Part shown: positions 1 to 15,529 of the stretch, in pieces
Position numbering within the stretch: the stretch's first letter is position 1
Layout: each line of letters begins with the position of its first letter
From: the human T2T-CHM13v2.0 reference genome, Homo sapiens
Assembly (NCBI RefSeq): GCF_009914755.1
Contig: NC_060934.1
Direction: 5' to 3' (one strand)
Length of the DNA stretch: 64,000 nucleotides
Made by a program: the position numbers and the translations under genes
Notes under the pieces: generated by a model
Database searches by the model: none
Told to the model about the DNA's origin: nothing
What the model saw: only the letters and a program-made list of their open reading frames with translations

Positions 1-420
1 TTGTGGTGATGGTTGCACAACTCTATGAAGGATTAAAACTTATGCTGGGCGCGGTGGCTCACTCCTGTAATTCCAGCACTTTAGGAGGCCACAGCAGGGG
101 GATCCCTTGAGCTCAGGAGTTCAAGGCCAGCCTGGGGAACACAGAGAGACCCCATCTCTACAAAAAAAAATTTTAAATTAGTCAGGCATGGAGGTTCACA
201 CCTGTAATCCCAGCTACTAAGGAGGCTTAGGCAGGAGGATCACTTGAGCACCAGAGCTCTAGGCTGCAGTGAGCTATGATCAAGTCACTGCACTCCAGCC
301 TGGGCAACAAAGTGAGACCCTATCTCCAAAAAAGAAAAAAAATAATAAAAAAACTTATTCAACTACATGAGTGTATTTTATGGCATATACATATTATACC
401 TCAAGAAAGCAACTTTAAAA
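1..420 (+). mobile_element. Old L1M (L1MB/MC/ME-type) 3' UTR end, split by an Alu
   Basis: tggtgatggttgcacaac at 4-21 and gtgtattttatggcatatacatattatacctcaagaaagc at ~371-410 resemble L1M 3' termini. Confidence 0.6.
44..349 (+). mobile_element. AluJ
   Basis: Dimeric Alu with J-type ggctgcagtgagctatgat; TSD aaaacttat at 35-43 and 350-358. Confidence 0.95.
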
Positions 421-607
421 AGTAGTAACACCTGCTCTATGTAAAAAATGCAAACATTACAAGGATATATAATCTAGAAATTGAAAATCATAGATAATCA
501 CACTTCCCAAATACAAGTACTTTAATAATCTGGTTTATATTCTTCTAGAGTTGTCTTTACATCTACTAACATAAATGTGTATGCTTGCCTTTTTTTAAAG
601 AAAACTT

Positions 608-750
608 GTGCACCTGTAGTCCCAGCTACTCATGAGGCTGGGGTGGGAGGATCACTTGAACCTAAGAGTTTGAGGCTGCAGTGAGCTATGATTGTGCCAT
701 TGCACTCCAGCCTGGGTAACATAACGAGATTCTGTCTCTTAAAAAATAAA
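608..750 (+). mobile_element. Alu right monomer (FRAM or truncated AluJ)
   Basis: cctgtagtcccagctact...gaggctgcagtgagctatgatt...A tail; no left arm. Confidence 0.9.
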
Positions 751-754
751 GAGA

Positions 755-1124
<370 letters not shown>

Positions 1125-1213
1125 CTAGTCCTTGGATGTTTGCTTATGTGTGTGTGAGGCTTTGAAATCCCAGGAGGCACGTGGTGAAGACCTAAACTGA
1201 GGATTGCTCAGGG

Positions 1214-1762
1214 TAGCGGTCTCCAACTTTTTTGGCACTAAGGACGGATTTCATGGAAGGCAATCTTATCATGGATGGGCAGCAGGTGGGGGATGGTTTC
1301 AGGATGATTTAAGCGCATTACATTTACTGTGCACTTTATTTCTATTATTACTACATTGTAATATACAATGAGATAATTATACAACTCACCATAATGTAGA
1401 ATCAGTGAGAGTCTTGAGCTTGTTTTCCTGCAACCAGACAGTCCCGTCTGGGGGATGATGAGAGACAGTGATAGATCATCAGGCATGGGATTCTCATAAG
1501 GAACCTGCAGCCTAGATCCCTCACATGCGCAGTTTACAATACAGTTTGTGCTCCTATGAGAATCTCCTAATCTCCTTTGCTGGGGTGGATCTGACAGGAG
1601 GCAGAGCTAAGGTAGTAATGCAACTGATGAGGAGCCGGCCACTGTGAATACAGATGAAGCTTCCTTCTCTGGCTCACCGCTCACTTCCTGCCACACAGCC
1701 CGGTTCCTAACAGGCCGCAGACCAATACTGCTGGTCTGTGGCCCAGGGATTGGGGATTTTTG
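1214..1762 (+). mobile_element. MER1A (hAT-Charlie non-autonomous DNA transposon)
   Basis: Termini tagcggtctccaac...ggggatttttg; internal agattctcataagga/cctagatccctcacatgcgcagtt-type motifs; 8-bp TSD gctcaggg (1206-1213) / gcccaggg (1763-1770). Confidence 0.9.
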
Positions 1763-2003
1763 GCCCAGGGCCCCTACCCCACCATCCTCAGCCATCCCTC
1801 ATTCCTCCCTGAGGGTAGGCACAATCAAGCCATGGCCCAGAGAGAGACTTTGGCATTCATTTTCACAGGTCTTTCTTGAGCTCAGATCCAGAATAAAGCA
1901 CACATGTTTCAAAACAGGCCTCTGTGCAAATCCTTTCTGAACTAATGTAGCCACTAGTAATGGGGGACAATTACCAAGAAGTCAATAAAGAGTACCAGTG
2001 CAA

Positions 2004-2361
<358 letters not shown>

Positions 2362-2724
2362 CAAATAACTGAGAATTAACTGTATTGGTAGGGCATTTGG
2401 CCCAAAGAAGACTTCCTCTTTTTGAAAAGTAAATACATTGCATTGCATGCATTTGCTCTTTTCCCCAGAGAAAGGATGTTGGGGTGCTCCAGACCTCTGA
2501 CAATGGATGCACCCCCAGGATTAGATCAGAAAGATGGACCTGCCAGGGGAAAGCGTCAGAGGCTTCTGTTCCTACCATCAGTACCATGGATGCGCTGTGA
2601 GTGTGGAGCCTGTATGGAAATGCCCCACTGGTTTCACAGTGTCTAAAGCTGATCCTTGGGGACTAATAGAGTTCTTCTTTCTTAGATTAACAGACCAGCG
2701 TCCCTTGTTTCTAATACTGAACTG

Positions 2725-2758
2725 GCCTCTACTGAGCTTTTGCCTCTACTGAGCTTTT
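2725..2758. repeat. 17-bp perfect tandem duplication
   Basis: gcctctactgagctttt x2. Confidence 0.95.
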
Positions 2759-3067
2759 GTCGCGCAGCTGAGATTGGAAAGGAAGCCTCAGGAGCAGAAG
2801 CGAATGCAAGCTAACAGAAAGAAAGGCAGCGCGGAGGACGCCACAGCCCCAGCGCCCTCCCAGCCTCAGCAGAGCTGTGGGGATTGTTCTTCACATCTGA
2901 CGCCATGGGGTTCTGGAAGTCTCTTAAGGGATATATTGGAACTGACTTGTATTATTTGGAAATCGACATAAATTGTCTATTATTAAATCTCACTGAATTA
3001 AGTCCAACTTTACCATCTGAACACCGTTTTAGCATTCATCCTGAAATGGCTGGAACATGATTTGTTA

Positions 3068-3595
<528 letters not shown>

Positions 3596-3855
3596 TCATC
3601 CTCCCCGCTCACCCTCCATGCTTCCTTCCTGAAGGAGGCCATTCCATTATTAAAATCAGGAACTGCAAAGATCCGGCAGGGAGCGTCATTTGCCAACGGT
3701 ATTTGAGGTCCCAGTGGGAAAGATTTTTTTTTTTGGTTGGATGGAGTCTTTCCACAGATTCACATACGGTTATCACGACAGCCACAGCATCTGCTGAAGT
3801 CTATTTCTAGTAACATGTTGCACATTCCAGACCTCTCATTATTTGCAGTGGTCCA

Positions 3856-3925
3856 CATTCATTCATGAATACTTGTATTTACTACTTGTTCATTCAATTA
3901 TTTCTTGAGTGGGTACTTAGCTTAA
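3856..3925 (-). mobile_element. L2 3' end fragment
   Basis: cattcattcatgaat...ttcattcaattatttcttgagtgggtact resembles the antisense L2 tail. Confidence 0.5.
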
Positions 3926-4040
3926 GGGTCAACAGAACGCAAATATATCTTATATCTAGGCTCTGATGCCCCAAGGGATCTGCATTCCCTGGGATGCAAA
4001 AATAATGATAATTCACCAAGAAGCATAAATAATGATGCAG

Positions 4041-4337
<297 letters not shown>

Positions 4338-4355
4338 AGCAATGCAACAAGAACC

Positions 4356-4760
4356 TGTTCTGCATGGAATTGTGCCCCACTCTTTCCCCTTCACCTACTC
4401 CCCCAAAAAGATTGGAGTCCTAACCCCTAGTACCGCAGAATGTGACCTTATTTGGAGATACTTGAGTCATTAAGTTAAATGAGGTTTTCAGGGTAGGCCT
4501 AATCCAATCTGACTAGTGTCTTTATATGAAGGGGAAATTGGGAAGTGGCGGCAGGCATGCACAGAGGGAAGACCGTGTGCAGATGCACGGGGAGAAGACG
4601 GCCCTCTACAAGCCCAGAAGAGAGGCCTCAGAAGAAACCAACCCTGCCCACACCTTGATCTCAGACTTCCGCCCTCCAGAGCTGTGAGACAATAAAGGTT
4701 CTGTTGTTTAAGCACTCCAGTTTGTGGTACTTTGTCATAACAGCCCAAGGAAACGAATCG
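4356..4760 (+). mobile_element. MLT1B-like MaLR solo LTR
   Basis: agtcctaacccctagtacc...gaatgtgaccttatttggaga...agaagaaaccaaccctgc...ctgtgagacaataaa...gtttgtggtactttgt. Confidence 0.88.
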
Positions 4761-4789
4761 TGTCCACAGGAGGGACTTCTGGCTGGAGG

Positions 4790-5060
4790 TGGGAGGGAGG
4801 GGAAGGGATCAGGGTGGCTTCTGGGAGGAGGTGTCCTCTGAGTCGGCCTGAAAGGACTGGCAGGATTTCTCACTGCAACTGGACATCAGTTCTCCAGCCA
4901 TCAGTTCCAAAGAGAAGATCTGGAAGGAGGAGAGGGAGAGGAGAGGCACACCCAGTCTCCCACGTGTGGCACAGGCAGGATAAGGACATAGCAAGTAGGG
5001 CCTCGAGGCTGAGGTGAGGGTGCACAGAAGGAAAGTGAACTTGGACATGGACGGGCCAGG
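4790..5060 (-). mobile_element. L2 fragment
   Basis: ggcttctgggaggaggtgtcctctgagtcggcctgaaaggactggcagga resembles antisense L2. Confidence 0.55.
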
Positions 5061-5579
5061 GGAATCCGGCTAAGGGGCTCTTCAGATGTGGGGATGACCC
5101 GGCAACAGCACCTGCGACTGACTCCTCTGGTCCTCAGGATCCCCAGGCCTAGTGCGTCCCTTTCTCATGGGACCCGGGGTGTTTCCAGGGCTGCCTGGTT
5201 TCATAGTATCCTGCGCCCTGCGCTAGCACTTCCATCTTGGACCTTGATGTTGAAACCATTACAGGTGCTGACTCTATTACATCCTCCTCTCATCTGATCT
5301 TCATATAAAGATATTTCTGAAATCTCCAGCAAACAACATGGCACTTGGAAAATGGCGGACTTGGGTTTCCTACCCAGTAGTGCCATTTTTTGGTAGACAT
5401 CAGTGACCATGAGGCAGCTCTATCAAATGCTGCTCTGATTTTATAAGCTGCTCAGGAAAACGAAATTGTTCTGTTGCATTGGAAATATGGAAAGTTTTGG
5501 AATCTTGCTATGTTAAATTTTTTTTTAGATTTTGACTCTTAAAAAATCTTTGAATGGCCCTGGGAGATAGATTGGTCAT

Positions 5580-5745
5580 GTCATAAACAAAAGACCAAGG
5601 CATACAAAAGTTACGGGACTCGGCTAAGATAACAGAGCTGGGTGGGGCAAGGCTCTTTAAGGACGGCACCCAGATGTGGCGGTCCGCATTCCCCTGTACC
5701 TGATTGTTGTTGAATAATGGAGGTAAACTGAGGCCCAAGGTCACC
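5580..5745 (-). mobile_element. MIR fragments
   Basis: aaactgaggcccaaggtcac plus a degenerate core copy at 5580-5650. Confidence 0.5.
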
Positions 5746-6220
5746 TCCTGCTTTAGGGAGGGCCTTAGGTAAGGGCGGGAGAGGAATCGCACGCCCCGCC
5801 CGAACAGGCTGCTTTCTCTGCATGATTTCATCACATCCTCGCAGGCAGCCCCGAGAGGCACCTGCTATGCCCTTTACTGAGGAGGGTCTTCAACATTCAG
5901 TTCTTCCTCATCCTCCCATCGCTGGTAAGAGACCCATTCCAGTGGAAGCTGAGGAACGAGACCTGCCTGGGAATGAGACCTTTCCTCATGAACACTAATT
6001 TTATCCAGGGGTGATAGGGTTAGGGGGAGGTGTTTGCTGTTAATATCCGAATGTCTCTCTAACAGATTTCTATCACGTTTGATATAAGCTGTCAGCTGCC
6101 TCCCTCCAGCTGGAGAAGCCAGGAAAGGAAATGCAGGGACTGGCCAGGGAAGGAAATACTGAAGCGACAAAGGAGATACCTTTGCATCTGGCGAGGGGCA
6201 GCCGCGCAGACGGAAGGCTG

Positions 6221-6239
6221 TGGCCAGCAGGTGGCGCTG
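6221..6239 (+). promoter_or_regulatory. CTCF binding motif
   Basis: tggCCAGCAGGTGGCGCtg is a full match to the CTCF core CCASYAGRKGGCRS, in unique CpG-retaining DNA. Confidence 0.75.
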
Positions 6240-7212
6240 TTGCTCAACGCAGAAGCCAAGGCTCCAACTCCAGCGCCGCCTCCGGCTTCACAGTCCTAGG
6301 ATCTGCAGAGGAAGCCTCTGCTCTTAGGCACAGAACTGGGCCAAGACCTTCCCCTAAAGACCCCAGGGGCCAACTCCAGCTCCGTCCGGCTCATTTGTTT
6401 CCAGTTCAAGGAACCTGAACTCTACGATGGGCTGACCTGGGAATGTTCGCATTGCCCTGATGCAAGCAGTGATAAATTGTGCAGTGACATGAACGTGCCC
6501 AAAGTGGGAGTCTGCAGACCACAGTTCCTCTTAGCCAGGCTTCCCTCCCCCCGCATGCACTCGCTTATTAATTTTTTATTTTTTTATTTTGCTGGCTTCT
6601 TTAAACCTCTTCCCTTTGCCAGCTTTGCCATCTATAGAATGAAGGTGATACCTTTCTTTGGCTCAATTAGTTAATGTCAGGAAAACTCTCTGCAGATGAA
6701 AAGCACTAAATTCTATTGATCAAATATTTAATTAGCCACACTTGCGGATGATTCATAATCATCTATTCAACTTCCTGAATTGCCAAGCAGAGAAAATGGC
6801 ATGATTAGAAATATAATTTTAAATACCGGTTTTCAGAGATTTTGTACCTGTCAAGGCTATGGGAGAATTACTGAATTAGCATACCAGTTCCTCCCTGATT
6901 TTCCAAGGGCCTGAAGAAACCGGCTCCTTTCCCACTCAGCCTGTGACCACAACTGCCCTCCTCCACCCACACCTGGCCTGGGGAGTAACTCAGCCTCAGG
7001 GCCTCACTGGCAGTGTCCAGCAAAGGAGAGAGGAAGGAAGGAGAATGGGGAGGAAAGAGCCTCTGAGTGAGGGACAACTCTGAGGAGGTCTGACCAGCCC
7101 CCAAGGAGCCCCAGCAGTCATCCCTTGGAGGAAGTGGTCAGAAATAGCCAGGCCCAGGACCCTCTGGACTCTGTCACTGGCTGGGCCTGACCTTGGCACG
7201 AAAGGTGTAGTG

Positions 7213-7552
7213 CAGCAGTCCCCAACCTTTTTGGCACCAGGGATAGGTTTTGTGGAAGACAATTTTTCCATGGATGGGGAGAGGGTCAGGAGTGGTTTCA
7301 TGAAACTTTCATCTCATATCATCAGGCATTAGATTCTCATAAGCACTGTGCAGCCTAGATCCCTCACGTGCACAGTTCACAATGGGGTTCGTGCTCCTAT
7401 GAGAATCTAATGCTGTGGCTGATCTGACAGGAGGTGGAGCTGAGGTGGTACTGCTTGCTTGTTGGCCAGCCACTCACCTCCTGCTGTGTGGCCTAGTTCC
7501 TAAAAGGCCATGGATCAGTACCAGTCAAGGGCCTGGGAGTTGGGGACCCCTG
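7213..7552 (+). mobile_element. MER1B (hAT-Charlie)
   Basis: TIRs cagcagtccccaac...gttggggacccctg, 340 bp; 8-bp TSD gtgtagtg / gtatggtg. Confidence 0.92.
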
Positions 7553-8257
7553 GTATGGTGATTCCAGAAGGCACTGCACCTAGAAGCTGCTGACTGGACC
7601 ACACTCCTTGAGACAGGCTCTCGCTTAAAGTTTGCTGAGCAATCCCACTTCCTCAGCTGCCCTGGCCTGTGCCAATGACTTATTTAAATCAGTAAATCGA
7701 TAATGATGGAGCTGACAGAATAGTAACATTAGTTCTGAAAAAGCCAGGGAAAATATACACATACACAGACGCGTAGATACTTATGTATATAGATGGAGAC
7801 AGTAGACGGATGATGGAATACAATTTTAAAACAACATTCAAAATTGGTTAATATCCTACAAGGTAATAAAACTGTAACACACACAGTTATGATTTTCTAC
7901 TGGCCAGAAATCCTTTACACCTCTACTGGACAAAAATCATCTATAGTTTATCAGTTTTCTATAAGTTAACATGGAACTTTAGAGTCTACGCCTGATCAAT
8001 AGTAAACTGTAAATCAGAAAAGACAATATTCCCTAGAGAGTCAGGTACCTGTAGGCAGGCGTGTTGGATAATGCACAAGTATAGGCATGTAATCATCTTT
8101 ATGCCTCACTTCCAAGTTGTAAATAATTAACACTTCTCTTGGGTAGTTACATTCTGTCAGGAGAGGGATATAAATAAATAGCCAGTTAAAATATTGTGTG
8201 ATAAAGGAAAGGCGAGGAATGAGCAGAAGAAAGCAGGAGAAAACAGCACAAAGGTGC

Positions 8258-8894
<637 letters not shown>

Positions 8895-8989
8895 ACAGAT
8901 CCCAAAGGCTTTTGATGGCCCCTCCATAGAACTGCTAATAATTCCAAACAGCTGAGGGCAGAGACGAACCAGTCTTGAGACTGAAGCAG

Positions 8990-9195
8990 GCATTGAGACT
9001 GGCCAGGACAGTGGATTACATAGTGAACTATTTCTCTTTTGCCATGCTGGGGAATTTGGATTTTTATCCTTAAGGCAATAAGGAGCCATTGAAGTGTCTG
9101 AAATTAGAAATAAAATCGATATTTGTGTTGATAAAGATCACTCATGAAGGGTGGAAAATGGATTGGAGGGTACTAAAACTGAAATTAGGCAACAA
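8990..9195 (-). mobile_element. L2 fragment
   Basis: gccatgctggggaatttggatttttatccttaaggcaataaggagccattgaag...aaagatcactc...aatggattggaggg. Confidence 0.75.
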
Positions 9196-9214
9196 ACACA
9201 AAGGTAGCTAATTT

Positions 9215-10740
9215 AATTTCACTGAACTTTCTGGATCTGTGGTTTGGTATACGTCATTAATATTAGAAGGCCCACTGCCATTATTACTTCAAATATTTGT
9301 TCTGCTCCATTCTCTTTCTCTTCTCTTTCTTGTATTCCGACTCTGTGCATGTTACAGCTTTTGTAATTGCCCCACAGTTCTTGGACATTGTATTTTTTGT
9401 TGTTTTTTTTATTGTTGTTGTAATATTTCTGTTTGTGAATTTTCTTTCAACATTCTCAGCTCACTGATTCTTTCCTCAGCCATGTTGATTCCACTGATGA
9501 ACCCATCACAGGCATTCTTCATTTGTTATTATTTTTTTTTAATTTCTAGCATTTCCTTTTTGGTTTTATCTCTCTGTTTTCCATCTCTCTGCTTACATTA
9601 CCCATGTATTCTTGCATGTTGTCTACTTTTTCCATTAGAGACCTTAACACATTAATCGTAGTTACTTTAAGTGTCCTGCTTGATAATTTTTAACATCTGT
9701 GTTATAGCTGAGTCTGGTTTAGATCATTGCTTTCTCTCTTATGACTTCTTTCTTGATTTTGGTGGAACTTGTACGTTTTTGTTGAAAGCTGGACAAGTTG
9801 TATTAGGTAATGGGAACTGAGGTAAATAGACCTCTTATGTAAGGATTTATGAGAATCTGGCTAGAAGTTGGTCTTTTTGTTTAGTGTTTTCTGTAAAAAC
9901 TAAAGGTGCCAGAGCCTTTTAATTCCACCAATGTCCTTGTTTGTGTTTTTTCTCTCCCCTTTTAACCTCAGGATTCCCTACATACTCCTCCTCAAAGAGA
10001 GTCTCTGTCTCAAAGCTCTTTCAGCTGTAATTTACTATAATTATATGCAGCCCTGTTGGTGTGGTGGTAATATGTAGGGGAGTGGGAAGAGTTCTATAAT
10101 CTTCCAATTAAATCTCAGGCTTTTAGTGGGCCTGTGACCCTAGCCTGTGACACCCAAGTGTTTCTTCTTGCATATACCTCCACCCACCTTAGGTAAGGCA
10201 GGGAAGCCAGAGGGGTGTGGGGTGAGAGGGTTGTCCTTCCCCCATGGCTTTGGAACAAGGCTCTGGTGAAGCCTTTTCCCCAAAGGGTAGGCCTTTGTTC
10301 TGGAGAACGCTCTAGGTATATTTCACAAGAATTACTCTTCCATCCAAGATGCCATCTTGGATCTTCACCATGAGAACTTGGTAGGGTTTCTGGAGGTAAA
10401 GCCCAAAAAAGTGTGAGGGGCCCCATCAAGACTGCACTCCCTAGGAGTTTGTCATTCTCACACTACTCCACACTCAGCCTCCAGATTCATTAAGATAATC
10501 ACTTAAGTGTTTCTACCAGTTTATGAGTCCAGTGGTTTCTGTTCTAGGTCAGTAGATCTTGGCTCTGACTCTGGATTTATCTGTCTTTCAAGATTTCAGG
10601 ATGGTAGTTTGCCCTGCAAGCTCAGTTCTCCAATGGGTCCTTCCAAAAAGTCATCGATTTTCTGTTTGTTCAGCTCTTTCTTGTAAGGACAAGAGTGATG
10701 ACTCCCAAGCTCTTTGCATGTTGGAGCTTCAAACAGAGGT
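9215..10740 (-). mobile_element. Old L1M (L1MD/ME-type) 5' UTR and ORF1 N-terminal remnant
   Basis: T-rich antisense ORF1-type sequence (gccattattacttcaaatattt; ctcagctcactgattctttcctcagccatgtt; ttttccattagagaccttaacacattaatc) followed by L1M 5'-end-like sequence. Confidence 0.75.
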
Positions 10741-10769
10741 CCATAAATAACTTACTTTCAGACAGTGAT

Positions 10770-11445
10770 GAGTGTCAGAGAATGGACTAGGGAGAGGAGG
10801 GAGTCATCATCAAGGTCATGGAAGCCTGTCTGGGGAGACACCATGTGGAGGAGACCTGAATCGGGGGAGGGCATAGAGGCAGCAGGATTGGCAAGTGGAA
10901 GTTCTTGGAGCTGAAAGAAGGACTGTGGGGCCAGAGCACAGGGGAAAGGATGCAAGAGGGAGAAGAAGGTGAGATTGGGAAAGGGACTTTGGGTGAGCAC
11001 ATGCAGGGCTTTGTTCTAACCGCAAAGGGAAGCCATTAAGCAGGGGAATGATATGTGGTGTAACTTAGGTTTGTGGATGATTCTTCTGGCTAGGGAGTCC
11101 ATGTGTCCATGTTTGCTCAGGACAGTCCTGGTTTATGTCTTTTGCCTGCTGTCATTATCTTCCATGCCCCTTCCACTTACAAAAGTGTCTTCATTCAGAT
11201 GACAAATCACAAGGACCCCCTGATCCTGGCCACAGTGAGGAGGAGATGTTAGAGTGGCCATGAGGGAAGCTGGGAGGTCGGTTGGAGGTGAATGTAGTGA
11301 AGCGGACAAGCCGTGATGGGGTGGTGGCCTTGGAGCTGGAGGGAACCGATGACCTCAGGACATGTTACAGAGGTGGAACCAGTGGGACTGTGCCTGGCTG
11401 ACCTGGGGGCCAAGGAAAGAGGAGGTGGGGAGTCAAGCTACCAGG
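10770..11445 (-). mobile_element. L2 fragment interrupted by MER94
   Basis: gggaagccattaagcaggggaatgatatg; gatgattcttctggc; ggggagtcaag. Confidence 0.65.
11091..11222 (+). mobile_element. MER94-like hAT-Blackjack MITE
   Basis: taggg...tgtccatgtttgctcaggacagtcctggttta...ccccttccacttacaaaagtgtc...ccctg, ~132 bp; TSD cttctggc / atcctggc. Confidence 0.75.
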
Positions 11446-11469
11446 AACGATTCCATCACTCCATCATCT

Positions 11470-12010
11470 AGTAGTGTCAATTCCATCTCTGTTAACTCAA
11501 ATCTGTCATTTGGCTTCCATTCTCACATCCATCTCCCTAGTTCAAGCCTCTTCACTGCTCACCTGAAGTTGAGATCCCTCTCTAACCCCATGGGCTTTTG
11601 TCATCATCCCCCTCTGAACAGTGGACACAACCTCCGGTTCCACAGCCCACACCAAGGGCAGACCCTGAGCTTGGCAAACACTGCCCTTCAGACCCACCTT
11701 CCTCATTCCCACTGGAATGTCTCATGGCTCCTCCAACACCTTCCATCCTTTGGGCTGCCCTAGGCCTTCTGCCTGGGGTCCCCTCCTGCCATCTCCTCGC
11801 CCTTTGGGGAGGTTAAGTTGTGCCTCCTCCATGGAGCCCTTCAGCTGTCACATCCCACTCTGAGTGCCCAAGGTCCTCCAATCTCACATCTGCTATGGCC
11901 CTTCCTGCATTCCACTTTATAGAACAGTCATCTATTTACTGCCATCCCTCAACTAGTTGGTAAGCTTTTGAGGGAAAGAATGATGTTTTATTCTCTCTTA
12001 ATCTCGCACT
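11470..12010 (+). mobile_element. L2 fragment
   Basis: ctccctagttcaagcctcttcactgctcacctg; actagttggtaagcttttgagggaaagaatgatgttttattc. Confidence 0.6.
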
Positions 12011-12644
12011 GGGAGCTTGGCCCACCACAGAGTTCAACCCTTTGTGGAGTTGGAGGCTTTTGGCAGAAAAGAAGGTTGCATGCTGGTTTCGCTGGTTTGG
12101 CCCTGGCAGGTTTACCCCTTGACTTCACTGTCGTGCAGCCAAGTGGGAAGTTCCTCAGGGGTTCCTCGCCCAGAACCAGGAATGAAGATCACTTCAGGAA
12201 GAGTGGCCCAGGCCTGCCCCCAAACTTACCCCTGGCATTCAGGACTGGTGGCGGGGAACCCAGGGACAGGAGTGCTTAGCAGAGTCTGGTGTGGAGGAAA
12301 CACTCGATAAATTAGCTATTAACAATTAAGTGACTAACAAAGATAGACATCATAGAGGAAACCATAATGGAAGATGTTGATGGACTTCAATCATTTTATT
12401 AAGTTTATTAATTTCATCACCTGGAGAGAACCTAATGTCAACACTTGAGTATATTATATAATCTTCATGCATATATTTTCACAGAATTTTGTTCCTTTGC
12501 ATAAAAATTTCTGTAGCTGACTTTTCTCACTTAACATTATAAGCATTTTCTCTGGTAATTAAGAGATCTTTGTAAACACGCTTTTGATATCTATATGTGT
12601 TTTTTGTCTATTATGCCAAACACCACCCTGGGCAGGCTTTTTAA

Positions 12645-12811
12645 ATTATTTATTTTTTTGTTGTTGTTGTTGTTTGAGACAGGATCTTGCTCTGTCACCC
12701 AGGATAGAGTGTTCACTGCAGCCTCGACGACTCCTGGGCTCCAGCAATCCTCTCACCTCAGCCTCTTGAGTAGCTGGGACTACAGGTATGCACCACTACA
12801 CTCAGCTAATT
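12645..12811 (-). mobile_element. Alu right monomer (FRAM/AluJ)
   Basis: (TTG)n tail, gagacaggatcttgctctgtcacccagg...gtagctgggactacagg...gctaattt. Confidence 0.9.
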
Positions 12812-12834
12812 TGCACTCAGATGGTAGAAGGTGG

Positions 12835-13207
12835 GGTGAACAGGCACTGTTAGTGGGGGTGTCGAAGGCATTGACTCCTCTGAAAAGCAATTAGACAGCA
12901 TCCGCCATGAGAACTGGAAATGCTTACGTCATTTGCCCCAGTAATTCCACTTCTGGAAAATCTAGATTATGGAAGTTCACAAAATACAGAAAAAGCTCTA
13001 CCCCCAAAATGTTAATCCCAGCATTGTTTATAATAACAGAAAATTGGAACTAACCAGCTAAGAAAATATTTATGAAAAGTTTGGCATGATATACCACAAA
13101 ACACATATAGTTATCACAGTTTTTATTTTCCTTTCTTTGTATTCTTTCTACAGTTTCTAAAATGGGAATGTACTACTTTTCTAATTATAAAAATTATGCT
13201 ATTTTTA
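12835..13207 (+). mobile_element. Old L1ME ORF2-end/3' UTR remnant
   Basis: tttgccccagtaattccacttctggaaaatcta...cagcattgtttataataacagaaaattggaactaacc. Confidence 0.7.
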
Positions 13208-13220
13208 AAAAGACATTTGG

Positions 13221-13540
<320 letters not shown>

Positions 13541-13553
13541 AAAAGACATCTGG

Positions 13554-13845
13554 GGCAAGGCATGGTGGCTCATGCCTGTAATCTCAGCTGTTTGAGAGGC
13601 CCAGGTGGGAGAATCACTGAGGCCAGGAGTTCAAGACCAGCCTGGCAACATAGTGAGAACTTCCCTCCATCTCTACAAAAATTAGCCAGGAGTAGTGCTG
13701 CATACCTGTGGTCCCAGCTACTCAGGAGGCCAAGGTGGGAGGATCGCTTGAGCCCCAGAGTTCAGGGCAGCAGTGAGTTATAATCATACCACTGCACTCC
13801 AGCCTGGGTGACAGAGTGAGACTCTGTCTCAAAAAGAAAAAGTAA
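13554..13845 (+). mobile_element. AluJ
   Basis: Dimeric Alu, J-type; TSD aaaagacatctg / aaaagacatttg (13861). Confidence 0.93.
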
Positions 13846-13919
13846 GAATCACAATAAAATAAAAGACATTTGATAATCAGTGGGTTTCTATTCCACAGTG
13901 TATGAACGTTACATATTTG

Positions 13920-14060
13920 GTCACTGCTGGGATGTGTGAGCATGATCACATCATTGATTGACTTCTCTGAACCTCAGTGGCCTCACCTGTGAAATGGGGG
14001 CACTAACTTTCACCTGTCTGCAGGCATGTAGCCAAATCAGGTGCCATTTGAAAGACTTTT
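13920..14060 (+). mobile_element. MIR
   Basis: acttctctgaacctcagtggcctcacctgtgaaatgggg MIR core. Confidence 0.75.
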
Positions 14061-14766
14061 CCAGTCCCGGTGCCTTCAAACGTCTGCTGCGAGGCCATTT
14101 TTTCTCAGGGTGTGGAAGGAGCATGATAAGGGTGATTAGGATGGGCTTATTGGAGGAACGAGGAGGGCAGAGACTGCTTTTCCACTTCATGGCACCGAGC
14201 GGGTGATAACAGAGGACTGATTCAGCCACAGCAGCTACCCGAGCCCTACCAGGGCTGTGGAGCCAACTCTCTCAGCAGGAGTTTCAGAAAGCAAAGGGGT
14301 CGGAGCTCCATCCTTCCTTCCTCGCAGACTGTCACCCTGCCAGCTCTCATTCACCACAGGGCTATGTGATGCTGGCCCTCAAAGCTTCCTTGGCAGAGGG
14401 TGCATCTGCCATCCCCTTCCTGTAAAATATTTGAAGTGCAAAGGGCCCTGCAAGCAGAACCCCGCCCTCTTCTCCATTCTCCCTTCAGTGGGTATGAGAG
14501 GAAGACGGGCTCTTCTGTTTAGAAAACGCTGTCTGGGACCCAGGAGCTGGAATGGAAATGCTGAGTCCACTTGGAGCCTGGTGTGACAGTGACAGATGTC
14601 TCACATGGCAGACACGGAGCTTGGGAGCAAACAGGTGCAGGCACTCGAAGGTGGTCTTCTACATGGGATTAGCAGCACAGGCAAACGAGTAACTTTCAAT
14701 CATGTGATTCTGCATGGGGCAAATCTTGAACATTCTTAGAAAGCTGCAAGCCAAGAAATCTGCCTA

Positions 14767-15399
<633 letters not shown>

Positions 15400-15529
15400 T
15401 TAAAAGACTGCGCAGCCTCAGCCTAGGACCAGCCAGGAGTGCACTGGAAGGGCTATAGGAGCCATCTGCCCGTCCCAGCGACATTCCATGAGACAGGCTG
15501 AGCAGGGGTGTGTGGAGTCAGTGGCCTCA

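Noticed and set aside
9239-9655. 138-aa hydrophobic ORF resembling a membrane protein
   Set aside because: T-rich antisense strand of an old L1 ORF1 region.
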